Of a stretch of DNA of 64,000 bases, positions 63,122 through 64,000 are shown in pieces (position 1 is the stretch's first letter; each line of letters starts with the position of its first letter). The notes under the pieces were generated by a model. It did not search any database. It had not been told where the DNA came from and was given only the letters and a program-made list of their open reading frames with translations. The stretch lies in NCBI GenBank assembly GCA_012026655.1, contig JAAILG010000360.1:1-64000 (forward strand), read 5' to 3'. A program made the translations under genes and the position numbers. The DNA is from Hydrolagus affinis. Its lineage: Eukaryota.

Positions 63122-64000
63122 CTATATTTTTTTTAAAAAGAGAGATAATATCCATATTATCCAAATAATATGAGATAATATCCAAATATTACAAATCAAA
63201 AACTGGGATTTAAAAACATTGCAGAACTGCTCTCAACTCCTTTCAATTTTCTTAACAATAGATTAGAGGTAAGATTGTTTCAATGTATGAACAAACAGTC
63301 TACATGTTTATGCATCTGTAGCAAAATAGTGGTGGGGAGTAGAGTCCAGGCAATTATCCACAGAAAGCTATGAAGACAGGAAAAAAGCATCAACCCAATC
63401 AGTGGTTCAAGCACACACAAAATAGCAAACCTGAACAGGAATATAAAAAGTTTTCTATGCTTCAATAAATATTTCATTTAATATGTTATTGCTGTTGATT
63501 TTTTCATCTCTGTGTAATGCGAATATCCAAATTTACCTCCACAGTTTCACTACATTTCAGACACTCATCATTTAATTTAGGATTTTGTACCCTCCCTTAT
63601 AAATTTTGAATATTTTATATGTGTGCCACCCTCAACTATTTTCCAATTCCTGTTAAAATATTTTAAACCTAGAAAGCAATACCAAATAACAAAAGAAGAA
63701 ATAATAACCAAATAGAGAAGGCAAAATAATCAAAGCACAAGTAGGAAAGATTGGAAATGTAACATTGTAAATAAAAGAGTCAAACAATGACAGACAGACA
63801 CAATATTTAGAAAAAAGGCATTTCAAACATAAACCTCCAGTTGCTATCCTGATTTTAAATTAAATAAATTAAGGCTTGCTGAACCGAATAAACAGCACGC
63901 CTAAATGGAAATATAGTATATACTCAACACAAAGAGTGAAAATGCTACACAATCAAGGTTTATGAATAGCAATAATCATTGCAATGCGATGAATCACTAA

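Noticed and set aside
63140-63192. Short duplication GAGATAATATCCA near a STRN3 acceptor
   Set aside because: Ordinary slippage duplication; the acceptor and reading frame are unaffected.
1-64000. CRISPR arrays, operons or prokaryotic defence systems
   Set aside because: The sequence is intron-containing vertebrate DNA; its recurrent motifs are dispersed SINE/LINE copies, not repeat-spacer arrays.

Overview
AT-rich, repeat-rich vertebrate genomic DNA, most likely from a cartilaginous fish (inferred from DeuSINE-type tRNA SINEs, CR1/L2 LINE fragments and shark-type Penelope remnants). It holds the conserved SCFD1-COCH-STRN3 block: the last 5 coding exons of SCFD1 (+, 2222-10771), a complete cochlin gene COCH (+, putative non-coding exon 1 near 33.6-33.77 kb, 11 coding exons 34851-46033, 554 codons plus stop) and the last 9 coding exons of STRN3 (-, 63121-53732). 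All these exons were read by hand, have GT-AG boundaries and have consistent phases. The main result is in the 'empty' SCFD1-COCH interval: scattered exons of a decayed OPN5-group opsin, best resembling OPN6. Its TM3 exon has a frameshift and a CR1 insertion. Its TM4 exon has a SINE insertion with a target-site duplication and a stop codon. Its terminal TM6-TM7-C-tail exon is still an open frame, but the retinal-binding Lys296 has become Met. Other points are a palindromic pair of degenerate Penelope-type hammerhead motifs, TA-flanked non-autonomous transposons with a nested ~450-bp foldback, and a ~250-bp hairpin element in a STRN3 intron. Homology calls rest on recalled family sequences, not database searches. 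Repeat coordinates are approximate.
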